Below, in pieces: positions 1-9,131 of a stretch of DNA of 64,000 bases. The position numbers and the translations under genes were made by a program. Within the stretch, counting starts at the first letter, position 1. Every line of letters begins with the position of its first letter. The DNA is taken from positions 64,001-128,000 of IMG/VR virus record IMGVR_UViG_3300035034_002798; one strand, written 5' to 3'. Below the pieces are notes generated by a model. The model saw only the letters and a program-made list of their open reading frames with translations, did no database searches and had not been told where the DNA came from. Origin of the DNA: a virus.

Positions 1-235
1 CCAAAAATCTAGCCTTAAATAGATTACAAAAAAATAACCCTTCACAATAACTATAACTAAGATAAGGAGAGGGTAATAATGTTAAAAGAAATCGCAGATG
101 CTATTTTTAAGGCAGGCGAAATGGAAGCAAAGGCAAGAGATTTTAGAGAAGATTCTTTAGAGAAGATTCTTTAGATAAGGCAATGAAACACGGATATTTC
201 CTATAAGTAATATAACTTTATAAGAGGTGGTAATA

Positions 236-325
236 ATGAAAATCAATGTATGTGAAGATTGCGGCCATGAAAATAGAATGTCAATAGACCATTATTGTAA
301 TAGATGTAGTAATGACTTAATGTAG
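236..325 (+). CDS. Small zinc-ribbon peptide, 29 aa (mirror 42624-42713 -)
   Basis: GAGGTGG SD; MKINVCEDCGHENRMSIDHYCNRCSNDLM with two CxxC motifs. Confidence 0.55.
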   Translation: MKINVCEDCGHENRMSIDHYCNRCSNDLM

Positions 326-333
326 AACTTTAA

Positions 334-410
334 CTGACTGTAGCCTAGTTTGGTAGGGAACTTCGTTTGGGACGAAGGAGTCGTAGGTTCAAATCCTACC
401 AGTCATACCA
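334..410 (+). tRNA. tRNA-Pro(TGG)
   Basis: Cloverleaf; anticodon arm CTTCG-TTTGGGA-CGAAG; T arm GTAGG-TTCAAAT-CCTAC; 3' CCA. Confidence 0.9.
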
Positions 411-413
411 TTT

Positions 414-486
414 TGCAGGGAGGATTGGTGTCCAGTCGAGGTTCATAATCTCGCTTTCGCGTGTTCGATTCACGCCCCTGCTCCCA
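414..486 (+). tRNA. tRNA-Met(CAT), possibly initiator-like
   Basis: Anticodon arm CGAGG-TTCATAA-TCTCG; T arm GCGTG-TTCGATT-CACGC; unpaired 1:72; short D arm; CCA. Confidence 0.75.
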
Positions 487-577
487 ATTTATAAATAAAT
501 CCGCTCCGTTGAGTGGATAAGTAATAGATAAGTAATAGAAATGACAAATAAGAGAGGCCATGAGCGCCCCTCAGTAA

Positions 578-653
578 AGTAGAATAGCTCAGTTGGTAGA
601 GCAGCTCACTGTTAATGAGAAGATCTCAGGTTCGAATCCTGATTCTACTGCCA
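578..653 (+). tRNA. tRNA-Asn(GTT)
   Basis: AGTAGAA/TTCTACT acceptor stem; loop CTGTTAA; TTCGAAT T loop; GCCA end. Confidence 0.92.
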
Positions 654-664
654 TATTTACTTGT

Positions 665-814
665 TATAAGGAATAAAGGAAGGAATAATAACTGAAGTTT
701 TGTATTAGTGGGATGTGATCATTTCTTAAAGTACAGAATGAGAGTTTAAAGATTAGTTACATAATTCTAGAATAAGTGCTAATTAATTCGCAGGTTCGAA
801 TCCAGCCCTTATAG
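665..814 (+). ncRNA. tRNA-like RNA with acceptor stem and T arm around an enlarged body
   Basis: TATAAGG(665-671) pairs with CCTTATA(807-813), extendable to 11 bp; GCAGG-TTCGAAT-CCAGC T arm; two internal hairpins; no canonical D or anticodon arm. Confidence 0.5.
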
Positions 815-878
815 CAAAAAGTTTTATCCCCGGGAGTAACGGAGATTGATAGAGAATATTACTCATTCGTAAGTAAAT

Positions 879-963
879 GTAAGGATGGCCGAGTGGTTGA
901 AGGCGCGAGATTGTAAATCTCGTACACGAAGAAACAGCGGAGGTTAAAATCCTCCTCCTTATA
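879..963 (+). tRNA. tRNA-Tyr(GTA)
   Basis: GTAAGGA/TCCTTAT acceptor; CGAGA-TTGTAAA-TCTCG anticodon arm; long variable region; atypical T loop TTAAAAT. Confidence 0.82.
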
Positions 964-967
964 CTAT

Positions 968-1043
968 GGACCCATAGCTCAACCGGCAGAGTCGCCGGCT
1001 CATAACCGGCTTGTTGCAAGTTCGATTCTTGCTGGGTCCACCA
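968..1043 (+). tRNA. tRNA-Ile2(CAT, lysidine type) (alternatively Met)
   Basis: GGACCCA/TGGGTCC acceptor, A73, CCA; GCCGG-CTCATAA-CCGGC arm resembles Firmicutes tRNA-Ile2. Confidence 0.85.
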
Positions 1044-1049
1044 TAATAT

Positions 1050-1102
1050 GGACAAGAAACCAGGCGGTACATTTTCGAGAGGTTCGATTCCTCTATTGTC
1101 CT
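1050..1102 (+). pseudogene. Truncated tRNA-like element (acceptor stem + T arm only)
   Basis: GGACAA/TTGTCC stem and AGAGG-TTCGATT-CCTCT arm with only about 20 nt between; no anticodon arm. Confidence 0.5.
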
Positions 1103-1285
1103 TTGAATAAAAACGCAGAAAGATGAAAAGGGGTAGTTTAAATGTTCAAATTATTTATGAAAGTATTTGGGATATATAAAGGCGAAACGATCATTAGACA
1201 CGGTTCGCTATCTGGAGTTTATGAAGTTTACGAATTTTTCGGTAAGAACTTCGAATTCAAAAAATAAAAAAGTAGGTGTCAGCCT

Positions 1286-1474
1286 ATGTACAAAAAGTTC
1301 ACTGAGTATGTAAATAGAATAGACGATATTGATAAACTTATGAAAGAGTTTATTATTATTAACCGAATCATCAGCAATCAAATAAAGAAAAGGCGGCACT
1401 TGAATGTAAAAATACTCAGAGAAATGTCTTATAAACTTTTTATAATCTCCAATAAAATAATAAATACACAATAG
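1286..1474 (+). CDS. Hypothetical protein, 62 aa (mirror 41475-41663 -)
   Basis: AGGTG SD; co-oriented and abutting the next gene. Confidence 0.5.
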   Translation: MYKKFTEYVNRIDDIDKLMKEFIIINRIISNQIKKRRHLNVKILREMSYKLFIISNKIINTQ

Positions 1475-1477
1475 AGA

Positions 1478-2077
1478 GTGATAATAATGGAACTAAAAAC
1501 AAACCCCGATTTACACCCACCGCTTAATGAATCATCCACACACTACCTACTCAAACTCGTGGCAAGTAAGTACTTAAAAGATAAAAAGAACTGTAAGTTT
1601 ATTGCCAAAGAGGTCTACGTAGGAGACGAAAAAAATCCCTATTTAAATTCAAAATACAGAACTACAAAACAAATAACAGATGTAATTGGAATGACTGTAA
1701 GAGGCCGCAAGAAAAGAAGGACGGCTTTTAATATAGAAGTTAAGGTATCAAAGGAAGACTTCAAAGCAGGATACACACTTGCAGGAGACTATAATTACAT
1801 AATGGCTCCAAAAAATGTGCTTACTCGTGATGATATGCCTCCTAAAGTGGGGCTTGTTGAGGTTGACCTGGATAAATTAAACTTTGAGCTTGATGGTGTC
1901 CAATCGATCAAGAATGCAACCAAGATGCACGAGGAAGTAGTTAAATTTAGAAATAACTATTATAAACAGAGTTATTACAACTTTCTTGAGAGTCAAGTAA
2001 TAGGAAGTTTAACTAACGAAATAATATACAACAATCCCTGGTTTTATCAGGATGTTGATATAAAAAAGGGCGGATAA
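1478..2077 (+). CDS. PD-(D/E)XK nuclease-like protein (MmcB-like)
   Basis: H..LK, E, DVIG and IEVKVSKEDF motifs, then YIMAP..V. Confidence 0.6.
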   Translation: MIIMELKTNPDLHPPLNESSTHYLLKLVASKYLKDKKNCKFIAKEVYVGDEKNPYLNSKYRTTKQITDVIGMTVRGRKKRRTAFNIEVKVSKEDFKAGYTLAGDYNYIMAPKNVLTRDDMPPKVGLVEVDLDKLNFELDGVQSIKNATKMHEEVVKFRNNYYKQSYYNFLESQVIGSLTNEIIYNNPWFYQDVDIKKGG

Positions 2078-2080
2078 TAA

Positions 2081-2308
2081 ATGAAAGATTCAGTAAGAGG
2101 AATTATCAGAGAAAGAATTGCAAATGAAAAACCAGAACATTTAAATGGCTTTGATGAAGGCTGGCTTGAGATAGTAGAAAATGACTTCCAAATAGAAGAA
2201 TCAGAAGATAAAGAAGATAAAGAAGATGGCCCGGCCAGAGGAAAATCAATTCAAGTATTTAGCAATGAGAATGGTTTTAAGAAAATAGTAACTACAGTAA
2301 TAATTTAA
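2081..2308 (+). CDS. Hypothetical acidic protein
   Basis: ORF in operon context. Confidence 0.6.
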   Translation: MKDSVRGIIRERIANEKPEHLNGFDEGWLEIVENDFQIEESEDKEDKEDGPARGKSIQVFSNENGFKKIVTTVII

Positions 2309-2314
2309 TTTTAA

Positions 2315-2390
2315 GCTAATGTAGCTCAGTAGGTAGAGTAGCTCATTTGTAACGAGCAGGTCGCGGGTTCAATTCCTGTCATTAGCTCCA
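2315..2390 (+). tRNA. tRNA-Thr(TGT)
   Basis: GCTAATG/CATTAGC acceptor; loop TTTGTAA; CCA. Confidence 0.92.
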
Positions 2391-2401
2391 TTTTATATAT
2401 T

Positions 2402-2476
2402 AGGAGAGTAGCTCAATTGGTAGAGCAGTGGACTCCAAATCCATGTGTATGGGTTCAAAACCTGTCTCTCCTGCCA
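2402..2476 (+). tRNA. tRNA-Trp(CCA)
   Basis: AGGAGAG/CTCTCCT acceptor; GTGGA-CTCCAAA-TCCAT arm; GCCA end. Confidence 0.92.
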
Positions 2477-2499
2477 ATTTTTAAAATATAACGAGAGAG

Positions 2500-2967
2500 G
2501 TGAACGATATGGCTTTAATGAGTAATTTAGGAAGTACATTAGGAGATTTTGCTGGTAAAGCCGCAAGAGGAGTTTCTGACGGAGCATCTGGAATAGCAAA
2601 AGTCGGAAAGCACATTTCGAATCAACCCATAGAATCAGCTTCGAGCTTTTGGACCAAAAACGGTGCAAAAGTACTGGGCGGCGCCACTATAGGAGCTGGC
2701 GTAGGAGCTGGATCTGCAGCAGTAACAGGAAACAGTATAATTAAAGGTGGGTTAATGGGGGCCGCTGGTGGAGCAACAGCAGGTGGAGCTATAAGCCACG
2801 GTGGTGGAATGGACGCAATTAAAGGTCAATTCACCAAAGGCTCATCCGCATCTAAGGTTAGTAGAACCGCAAAGTCGGTTAATGAGGGTGCAATTAATGC
2901 AACCAAAAGAACAATGAATGCGGCCGCCAAAAACAATGCTAGGAAAACCGGCAGAACAGTACTTTAA
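2500..2967 (+). CDS. Gly/Ala-rich glycine-zipper protein (possible virion/ejection protein)
   Basis: GxxxGxxxG zippers; likely true start ATG 2509 after GAGGTG. Confidence 0.6.
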   Translation: MNDMALMSNLGSTLGDFAGKAARGVSDGASGIAKVGKHISNQPIESASSFWTKNGAKVLGGATIGAGVGAGSAAVTGNSIIKGGLMGAAGGATAGGAISHGGGMDAIKGQFTKGSSASKVSRTAKSVNEGAINATKRTMNAAAKNNARKTGRTVL

Positions 2968-2979
2968 AGTAGGTAAGCA

Positions 2980-3558
2980 ATGAATATTTATAGAAAAGCC
3001 TTAGACGGTGTATTCTCTGGACTGCTTAAAGGGGCCAAAAACCTAGCAATAGCCCCTTTAGCCGGTGCAGTTAGCGGTTCAGTATTAAAAGACATACCAG
3101 AAAATATACTCAATACAGTGGGCATGAAAAAGGGCCTCGGAGGTTTAATGTATAACGCATCCAATGCTGCGGCACAGGGAGCGTCAATGGCTGGAATATC
3201 AGCGGCTAAAGCAGCACCCGGTGTTGCTAAGACATTAGGATCTGGAGCGCACAAATTCGCAAAAGAAGTTGCTCCCGGTTTGAAAAAGGGTGCAGTTAAT
3301 ACCTTCAAAGCCTTAACAGTAGAAGCCCCAGATGAAGCAATGGGTAGAATGCTTAGACCTGCAGTTCAGAACACAGTTGCGGGTACAGCAGTTGCCGGTG
3401 GAATATACGCTGGAGTTAAATCGTACAACACCTCAAAACATCAAGTAGCAAATACTGAAAATACAATGCCCACATCCGGTTATGATGGTAGACCAAATAA
3501 AAGACAGGATGTAGAAAATACTATGGGCCTAGTTCAGGCATTAAATGATTTAAGATAA
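2980..3558 (+). CDS. Gly/Ala-rich hypothetical protein
   Basis: Operon ORF with amphipathic Gly/Ala segments. Confidence 0.65.
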   Translation: MNIYRKALDGVFSGLLKGAKNLAIAPLAGAVSGSVLKDIPENILNTVGMKKGLGGLMYNASNAAAQGASMAGISAAKAAPGVAKTLGSGAHKFAKEVAPGLKKGAVNTFKALTVEAPDEAMGRMLRPAVQNTVAGTAVAGGIYAGVKSYNTSKHQVANTENTMPTSGYDGRPNKRQDVENTMGLVQALNDLR

Positions 3559-3571
3559 GGAGCTAATCGCT

Positions 3572-3985
3572 ATGGATAAAAATGTAGCAGGAAAATGGTT
3601 AAAAAAACATGGTGATTTTGTAAAAGGAGTAAGTGCAGGAGCCGCGATAGATGTAGGAATGGAACTTGCAATGGGTAACGGCTTAGGCAAAGGCTTAAAG
3701 AATGCCGCTATTGAAGGTTTAATGTTTGAAATGTTCCCTGCAGTAGGTCTTTCGACTATGGTAGTAGCTCCTCTGGCAACAGTTGGAGCGCAATTAGGTA
3801 AGGCTCATTATGACAACGATAAAGCTCAGTATAATGAAATGTTTGATGACAGTCTTGGCGGAGGCTATCAGGACACACAATCGGCCTACACAATGAGGCA
3901 GAGAGGTATGCAGGCGATACAGAACAGCAGAATGAACTCAAGAAGTGCCCTCGGTAATACAGCAAGAATGAAACATAGATTATAA
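3572..3985 (+). CDS. Gly/Ala-rich hypothetical protein with hydrophobic segment
   Basis: AAGGAG SD; operon context. Confidence 0.65.
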   Translation: MDKNVAGKWLKKHGDFVKGVSAGAAIDVGMELAMGNGLGKGLKNAAIEGLMFEMFPAVGLSTMVVAPLATVGAQLGKAHYDNDKAQYNEMFDDSLGGGYQDTQSAYTMRQRGMQAIQNSRMNSRSALGNTARMKHRL

Positions 3986-4000
3986 AGGAAGTGACTATAA

Positions 4001-4669
4001 ATGGCAAGTTTTATGGGAAAAGCAAGAAAAATACTCTCAAATGCAGCCAATGAGATAGGGCAAAAAGCAACCAAATTAGGAGACGATGTTGGAAGCACAG
4101 TAAACAGGGCTTTTAATAGGTCAAGTGGTTATGAAGACATAATGGGCGAAGTTGGAGGCAAAGTGGGAAGAACTGCAAATGATGCCACCACAAAAGCCGC
4201 ATCCCAAGGCGACGATCTGGCTAAAGCTAGCTGGGCAAAAAGAAATGCTACGGAGAGAGGAAGAAATTATAACAACTCTTCCAGTACTACTAGAAAAAAC
4301 CTCAGAAACGCTAGAACTGTTAATAACCCCCAAAGAGCTAAAGAATTGGAAGTTGATGAGATCACTCGTGGTATTGATAACTATAATGCTCATAGCAAAG
4401 CAAATAAAGCTAGTGTTGGTCAAAATACCACTATCAATGCAAACAAGAAAGTATCCCAAGAGGGCGTATCAAGCAATGGTAAAAGAACTCTAACCAGTAA
4501 CAACTCACTTAGTTCAGATGGTTATACTAGAAAGAAAAGTGGTTTACTGGCAAGTGCAAAAAGACATCCAGTAGTAACCGGTACACTTGCGGCTGGCGGA
4601 GTTGGAACAGTTGGATACATGTCAGGTAAAAAAGGTAGAAGAGAAAACAACGATCTTTTTAGAAGATAA
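4001..4669 (+). CDS. Basic low-complexity protein with C-terminal Gly-rich hydrophobic helix
   Basis: AAGGAAG SD; directly upstream of TerL. Confidence 0.65.
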   Translation: MASFMGKARKILSNAANEIGQKATKLGDDVGSTVNRAFNRSSGYEDIMGEVGGKVGRTANDATTKAASQGDDLAKASWAKRNATERGRNYNNSSSTTRKNLRNARTVNNPQRAKELEVDEITRGIDNYNAHSKANKASVGQNTTINANKKVSQEGVSSNGKRTLTSNNSLSSDGYTRKKSGLLASAKRHPVVTGTLAAGGVGTVGYMSGKKGRRENNDLFRR

Positions 4670-4692
4670 ATAAATTACGATAAGGTGAGATT

Positions 4693-6294
4693 ATGAGTGA
4701 AAATTTTACAGATGAGGAACTAAATACTCTTGAAATACTAGAAGATCCCGTTAAGTTTGCAGAATATGAACTTGACTGGACAGCAAGATCTTACCAGGAG
4801 ACCATGCTCAACTCAGATGAGAATAGAGTAGTTGTAAGAGCTGGTCGTCGTATTGGTAAAACCGATATGGCCGTAATTAAAATGCTTCACTCAGCATTCA
4901 CAATAGAAGGATACAGGGTATTGATTGTTACACCTTTTGAGTCACAGATTAAACATATATTCCAGAGATTAAGAGCTCTAATTAAAAAAAGCGATATGAT
5001 ACAGCAAAGTGTTACCAGAGATATTAGATCACCTAATAGAATAGAATTCGGTAACGGAAGTTATATCGTAGGATTTACAGCAGGAACCACCGGCGGAGGC
5101 GGAGCAGCAAGCGTTCGTGGGCAGGGCGGGGACCTCATTTATCTTGATGAGGCAGATTATTTGAGTGATGATGATATAGATACAATTATCTCGGTTGCCT
5201 ATGAGGATGCTGAGAACGTAAAGATATGGGCAACATCAACGCCGACTGGTCGCAGGGGCAGGTTCTGGCAGTGGTGTACCAAAAAAGAACTTGACTGGAC
5301 AGAGTTTCATTATACATCTCATGTTAACCCTAACTGGTCAGATGCGGCAGAAAGAGATGCACGCAACAACCTTACTGAACTCGGTTATGTACACGAGATA
5401 CTAGCAGAATTCGGAGATATGGCTGAAGGAGTATTCCAGAGAAAGTTTGTAGAGAAGTCAGCAGAAAAAGGCAAAGAAAAAGGGATAGAGCTGGTAGATG
5501 AGATCGACTACCAGGCTGTTAGAACGATAGGTATCGACTGGGATAAAGCTGGTGCAGCAACACAGATTGTAGTATCAGAGTACGATCCTGAAGAGGATAT
5601 ATTCTATCCAATAAACAGGTCAGAGATACCATCTGGAGAATTCACTTATTCAAATGCTATCGACACTATCGTAGAGTTAAACGAAGAGTTCGATCCAGAC
5701 TTCATTTACGCTGACAGGGGCCACGGAGAGTATCAAATAGAAGCCCTGCATAAATATGGAATAGCACATCCTGGTACTGGACTGGAAGACAAGGTTAAAG
5801 GTATTAGTTTCTCGGATAAAATTAATATTCCTGATCCTCACACCAAAGAAATCGGGAAAAAACATATTAAACCATTTATGGTAAATACAACGGTTTTATT
5901 ATGTGAAAACGAGAGAATCGCCTTACCAGGCAATGATCAGATGATAAAAGAGCAAATGCTTGATTATTATATAGAAAGAGTAACCCCAACTGGCCGACCG
6001 GTATACAACGATGATAATGAACATGCATTAGATGCTTTCATGTTGAGTCTGCTCGCAATGCAGTTAGAATTTACAGATATAGCAAAGTCAAAATTTGCAA
6101 GTAATGTAGCAACAGCACCCAGACTCGACTACGCGCGACACAAGAAAAAAAGAGAAGAAGACAAGAATAAATCTAAGAATACAGGTGTTGCTTTCCTTGA
6201 TGGTCCAGGACTGTCAAAAGGAGCAAATGCCATAAGATCAAGCTTTAATAGAAGCAGAACTTTAAAAAGACCTCCAAAAAGGAGCAGTTTTTAG
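4693..6294 (+). CDS. terL: Terminase large subunit
   Basis: Walker A GRRIGKT, Walker B IYLDE, coupling motif TSTP, RNase H-like GIDW and HALDA. Confidence 0.93.
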   Translation: MSENFTDEELNTLEILEDPVKFAEYELDWTARSYQETMLNSDENRVVVRAGRRIGKTDMAVIKMLHSAFTIEGYRVLIVTPFESQIKHIFQRLRALIKKSDMIQQSVTRDIRSPNRIEFGNGSYIVGFTAGTTGGGGAASVRGQGGDLIYLDEADYLSDDDIDTIISVAYEDAENVKIWATSTPTGRRGRFWQWCTKKELDWTEFHYTSHVNPNWSDAAERDARNNLTELGYVHEILAEFGDMAEGVFQRKFVEKSAEKGKEKGIELVDEIDYQAVRTIGIDWDKAGAATQIVVSEYDPEEDIFYPINRSEIPSGEFTYSNAIDTIVELNEEFDPDFIYADRGHGEYQIEALHKYGIAHPGTGLEDKVKGISFSDKINIPDPHTKEIGKKHIKPFMVNTTVLLCENERIALPGNDQMIKEQMLDYYIERVTPTGRPVYNDDNEHALDAFMLSLLAMQLEFTDIAKSKFASNVATAPRLDYARHKKKREEDKNKSKNTGVAFLDGPGLSKGANAIRSSFNRSRTLKRPPKRSSF

Positions 6295-6425
6295 TTCTTT
6301 TCTAGACACCATGGGGTCGCGTTTTTCCAACCCCCTTTTTCGCGCCCCATGATGCCTATAAAACAAAAGGGAGAAACAGTTGTTAGAAGTACAACTTTAA
6401 GAATTTCCATAAATAAAAGTGGGAA

Positions 6426-6725
6426 GTGATAATTATGAAAAAAGTATTAGTTATTTCAACAGAGTTCAGACGGTCAAGAAGATTTGCAGAAAAGATAATA
6501 GAAGACAGAAAAGAAGAGATATTAGAGGCAAGCTACATGGACAACATTGAAACCGAAGATACTAATTATTTAATGTGCAGCACTAATAACCTCGAATCTA
6601 AAAGAGGCCTGGATGTTGATGAAGTATTAATTGATATGGAAGTAGAGATCAATAATGAACTAAATGATGTTGTAGAACCTCTCATTTTAAATAGTGATTT
6701 AAACTTTCCAGTTAAGCTTATATAA
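6426..6725 (+). CDS. Small protein resembling a terminase ATPase subdomain fragment
   Basis: KVLVIS...SKRGLDVDEVLID parallels RVLIVT...SVRGQGGDLIYLD of TerL; no Walker A. Confidence 0.45.
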   Translation: MIIMKKVLVISTEFRRSRRFAEKIIEDRKEEILEASYMDNIETEDTNYLMCSTNNLESKRGLDVDEVLIDMEVEINNELNDVVEPLILNSDLNFPVKLI

Positions 6726-6738
6726 AGGTGGTTAAAAG

Positions 6739-8160
6739 ATGGGTAGAGGTATAGACACAAAAGAAGAGAGAAGATCAATAGAATATAAACCTAATCTTGA
6801 GTATATACCAGAAGAAGTCTTTATAGAAGATGAAGAATCAGCTACTCAAAAAAATTACAAAGTACCACCACAGCTAACAAGAGTAAGCGAAATTAAAGTA
6901 ACAGATAGTTATGAAAAGGTGTCGGATACCCTAAAGAAGCTGGAAGAATTCATCAGTAACTTGGAAGAAGATTTAGAAGACGATACAGTCAAGTTAGATG
7001 ACGAGATAAAAGAATACTTAAAAGATGAAGATTTCGGTGATGAGATATCTTTTACTGATTATAAAGACATAAGGTTCAAGCCTGAGCCGACATCAGATGA
7101 AATAAGTATTTCTAACTATTACGAGAAAGAACATAAAAGTATAACAGATGATATAAAAGTAGAGATACTTGATATGGCCTGGGATATGAGGGATGAATTT
7201 ACAGACTCCTTATCTTTTATGGAAAACACTCTACTTGATGTAAGTGATGATTTCAGCCTCGAAAAGCAGAGAGACAAAGAACTCGAACTTTTAAACAGGT
7301 GGCTTGAACTGGATATAAAAAAACAAAACTTAGAAGAAGAATACAAGAGGATGGACAACCCTGATCAAGACGAGCTAAGATCATGGCGCGAAGAATACCA
7401 GGGTGTTAATGAAGAGCTTGATGAAATATCAGTATATGGACCCAAGGGTGATATCGGTAAAACATTGTACGACAGGGCCACCAAAATGAATGAAGTAATA
7501 GATGAGTGGTCAGAACTAAGAAACAATACCGTAGCCGATTATTTCGATGGATATGTTTACTGCATAATACATGAATTCCTTTCAAATAATAAAGTTGGAT
7601 TCGATACTGCAAGAATAGCCGGCAGATTAAAGAAAGTAAAAGCACTACTTGAATTCGCACACAGAGGTTTAAATGATGATATTAAAAACATCAAACAGCA
7701 GATTAGAAGCCTAAAGAATCTACCACAAAGGCTTGCCATGGAGGCTGGAGGGGCAGCAATTGGTGTCTTAACCCAGTATATTGGAGAGTCTGTTGCAAAC
7801 TTCGTTCAATACTCTACTACGTCAGGAACAAGCTGTCAGCCCTTTTACGAGATAGGTAGAGAGCTATTAGATATCATAAAGGGACTTGATATTCAGTACA
7901 ACGAGCTGCTTGACGATTATTATAGAACAAACAGCCTAGAATTCAATAAATACAAGAATACAAATAATATACTTAGGAATAAAAAGAAAAAACAGGGCGT
8001 ATTTTACATGCTAGATCTAGTAGTAGATGTTGTTGATACACTCGAAAAATCAACACGAGAAAAACCGTTAGATGAGTGGATCGAGGATTTCATCAAAAAC
8101 AACAATCTAAATACGACCTACAATAAGAAAACAAACCAGGTAGAGCGGTTTGAAATATAA
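6739..8160 (+). CDS. Hypothetical acidic helical/coiled-coil protein
   Basis: 473-aa ORF with AAGGTGG SD in the head operon. Confidence 0.7.
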   Translation: MGRGIDTKEERRSIEYKPNLEYIPEEVFIEDEESATQKNYKVPPQLTRVSEIKVTDSYEKVSDTLKKLEEFISNLEEDLEDDTVKLDDEIKEYLKDEDFGDEISFTDYKDIRFKPEPTSDEISISNYYEKEHKSITDDIKVEILDMAWDMRDEFTDSLSFMENTLLDVSDDFSLEKQRDKELELLNRWLELDIKKQNLEEEYKRMDNPDQDELRSWREEYQGVNEELDEISVYGPKGDIGKTLYDRATKMNEVIDEWSELRNNTVADYFDGYVYCIIHEFLSNNKVGFDTARIAGRLKKVKALLEFAHRGLNDDIKNIKQQIRSLKNLPQRLAMEAGGAAIGVLTQYIGESVANFVQYSTTSGTSCQPFYEIGRELLDIIKGLDIQYNELLDDYYRTNSLEFNKYKNTNNILRNKKKKQGVFYMLDLVVDVVDTLEKSTREKPLDEWIEDFIKNNNLNTTYNKKTNQVERFEI

Positions 8161-8175
8161 AAAGGGGCGTTATAA

Positions 8176-9087
8176 TTGGCCAACGATTTAGATAAAGAAT
8201 TAGAAGATAAGGTGAAAGAGTTTATATCAGAGATGGAAATGGACCCAGAAAAAGAAGTTCAGGAAGATGATAACAGTCTTAAGAAGTTTGACAAACTGAA
8301 TGCACAGTCTGAAGCCCAGATGCAGAGCAAAGAAGTCCAGGTTCTAGATTTTGAACCTGAAGGAGATAAGGTACAGATAGTACCCATATCGGATATACAT
8401 CTCGGCTCAATAAATGCGAATATACCAAAGCTTAGAGATTTTATTAAATATATAGAAGAGACTCCCAACACCTACACGGTACTTACTGGAGATCTTGGAG
8501 AGAATGCAACTAAAACATCTATAGGACTTGGTGTGTATGAACAAAGATATGACCCGCAGACACAAATAGAAATCTTAGAAGAAGAACTAAGACCACTCGC
8601 AGAAAAGGGCAAGATACTCGGAATCCAACCCGGCAATCATGAAAGACGGATCATGAGAAGCACTTCAATTGATCCTATGAGAATACTCGCAAGAAGCTTA
8701 GGAGTACCTTATTTAGGTTATCAGGGCTACCTGAAACTTAATGTCGGAGAACAAACCTACCACGCAATTACCTTCCACGGAAGATCTGGAGCCCGCACAC
8801 ACGGAGGAAAAATTAATGCAGCTCATAAGATGAATCGAGTTGCCAATGTTGACCTCTACATTTCAGGACACACTCACGTCTTAGACTCTTCACACGATAT
8901 CATAATGGAAATCGACGATGAAACAAATGAAATTGTATACAGAAGAAGATATTACGTTATAGCAGGTTCCTTTTTAAGCTATTGGGGTGGCTATCCAGAG
9001 ATGAAAGCTTATTCCGTAGCAGATCAAGGAGCTATGCGTATTGACTTATATAAAGACAGACACAAGATAAAAGTACACAAACCATAA
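8176..9087 (+). CDS. Calcineurin-like metallophosphoesterase
   Basis: DIHLG, GDLGE, GNHE, FHG and GHTH motifs. Confidence 0.88.
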   Translation: MANDLDKELEDKVKEFISEMEMDPEKEVQEDDNSLKKFDKLNAQSEAQMQSKEVQVLDFEPEGDKVQIVPISDIHLGSINANIPKLRDFIKYIEETPNTYTVLTGDLGENATKTSIGLGVYEQRYDPQTQIEILEEELRPLAEKGKILGIQPGNHERRIMRSTSIDPMRILARSLGVPYLGYQGYLKLNVGEQTYHAITFHGRSGARTHGGKINAAHKMNRVANVDLYISGHTHVLDSSHDIIMEIDDETNEIVYRRRYYVIAGSFLSYWGGYPEMKAYSVADQGAMRIDLYKDRHKIKVHKP

Positions 9088-9131
9088 AATATATCTAACC
9101 ATTAAACTATATCACAAAAAAGGGGATTTAT

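Noticed and set aside
665-814. tmRNA or amber-suppressor tRNA
   Set aside because: Too short for tmRNA, with no G3-U70 pair or tag ORF; the CTA triplet is not in a canonical 5-bp stem/7-nt loop.
783-1055. ORFs antisense to tRNA genes (also 2393-2668 and mirror copies)
   Set aside because: They overlap well-formed tRNAs on the opposite strand; spurious.
6310-6351. Terminator after terL
   Set aside because: A hairpin is present (CATGGGG/CCCCATG) but has a large loop and no U tract; function not supportable.
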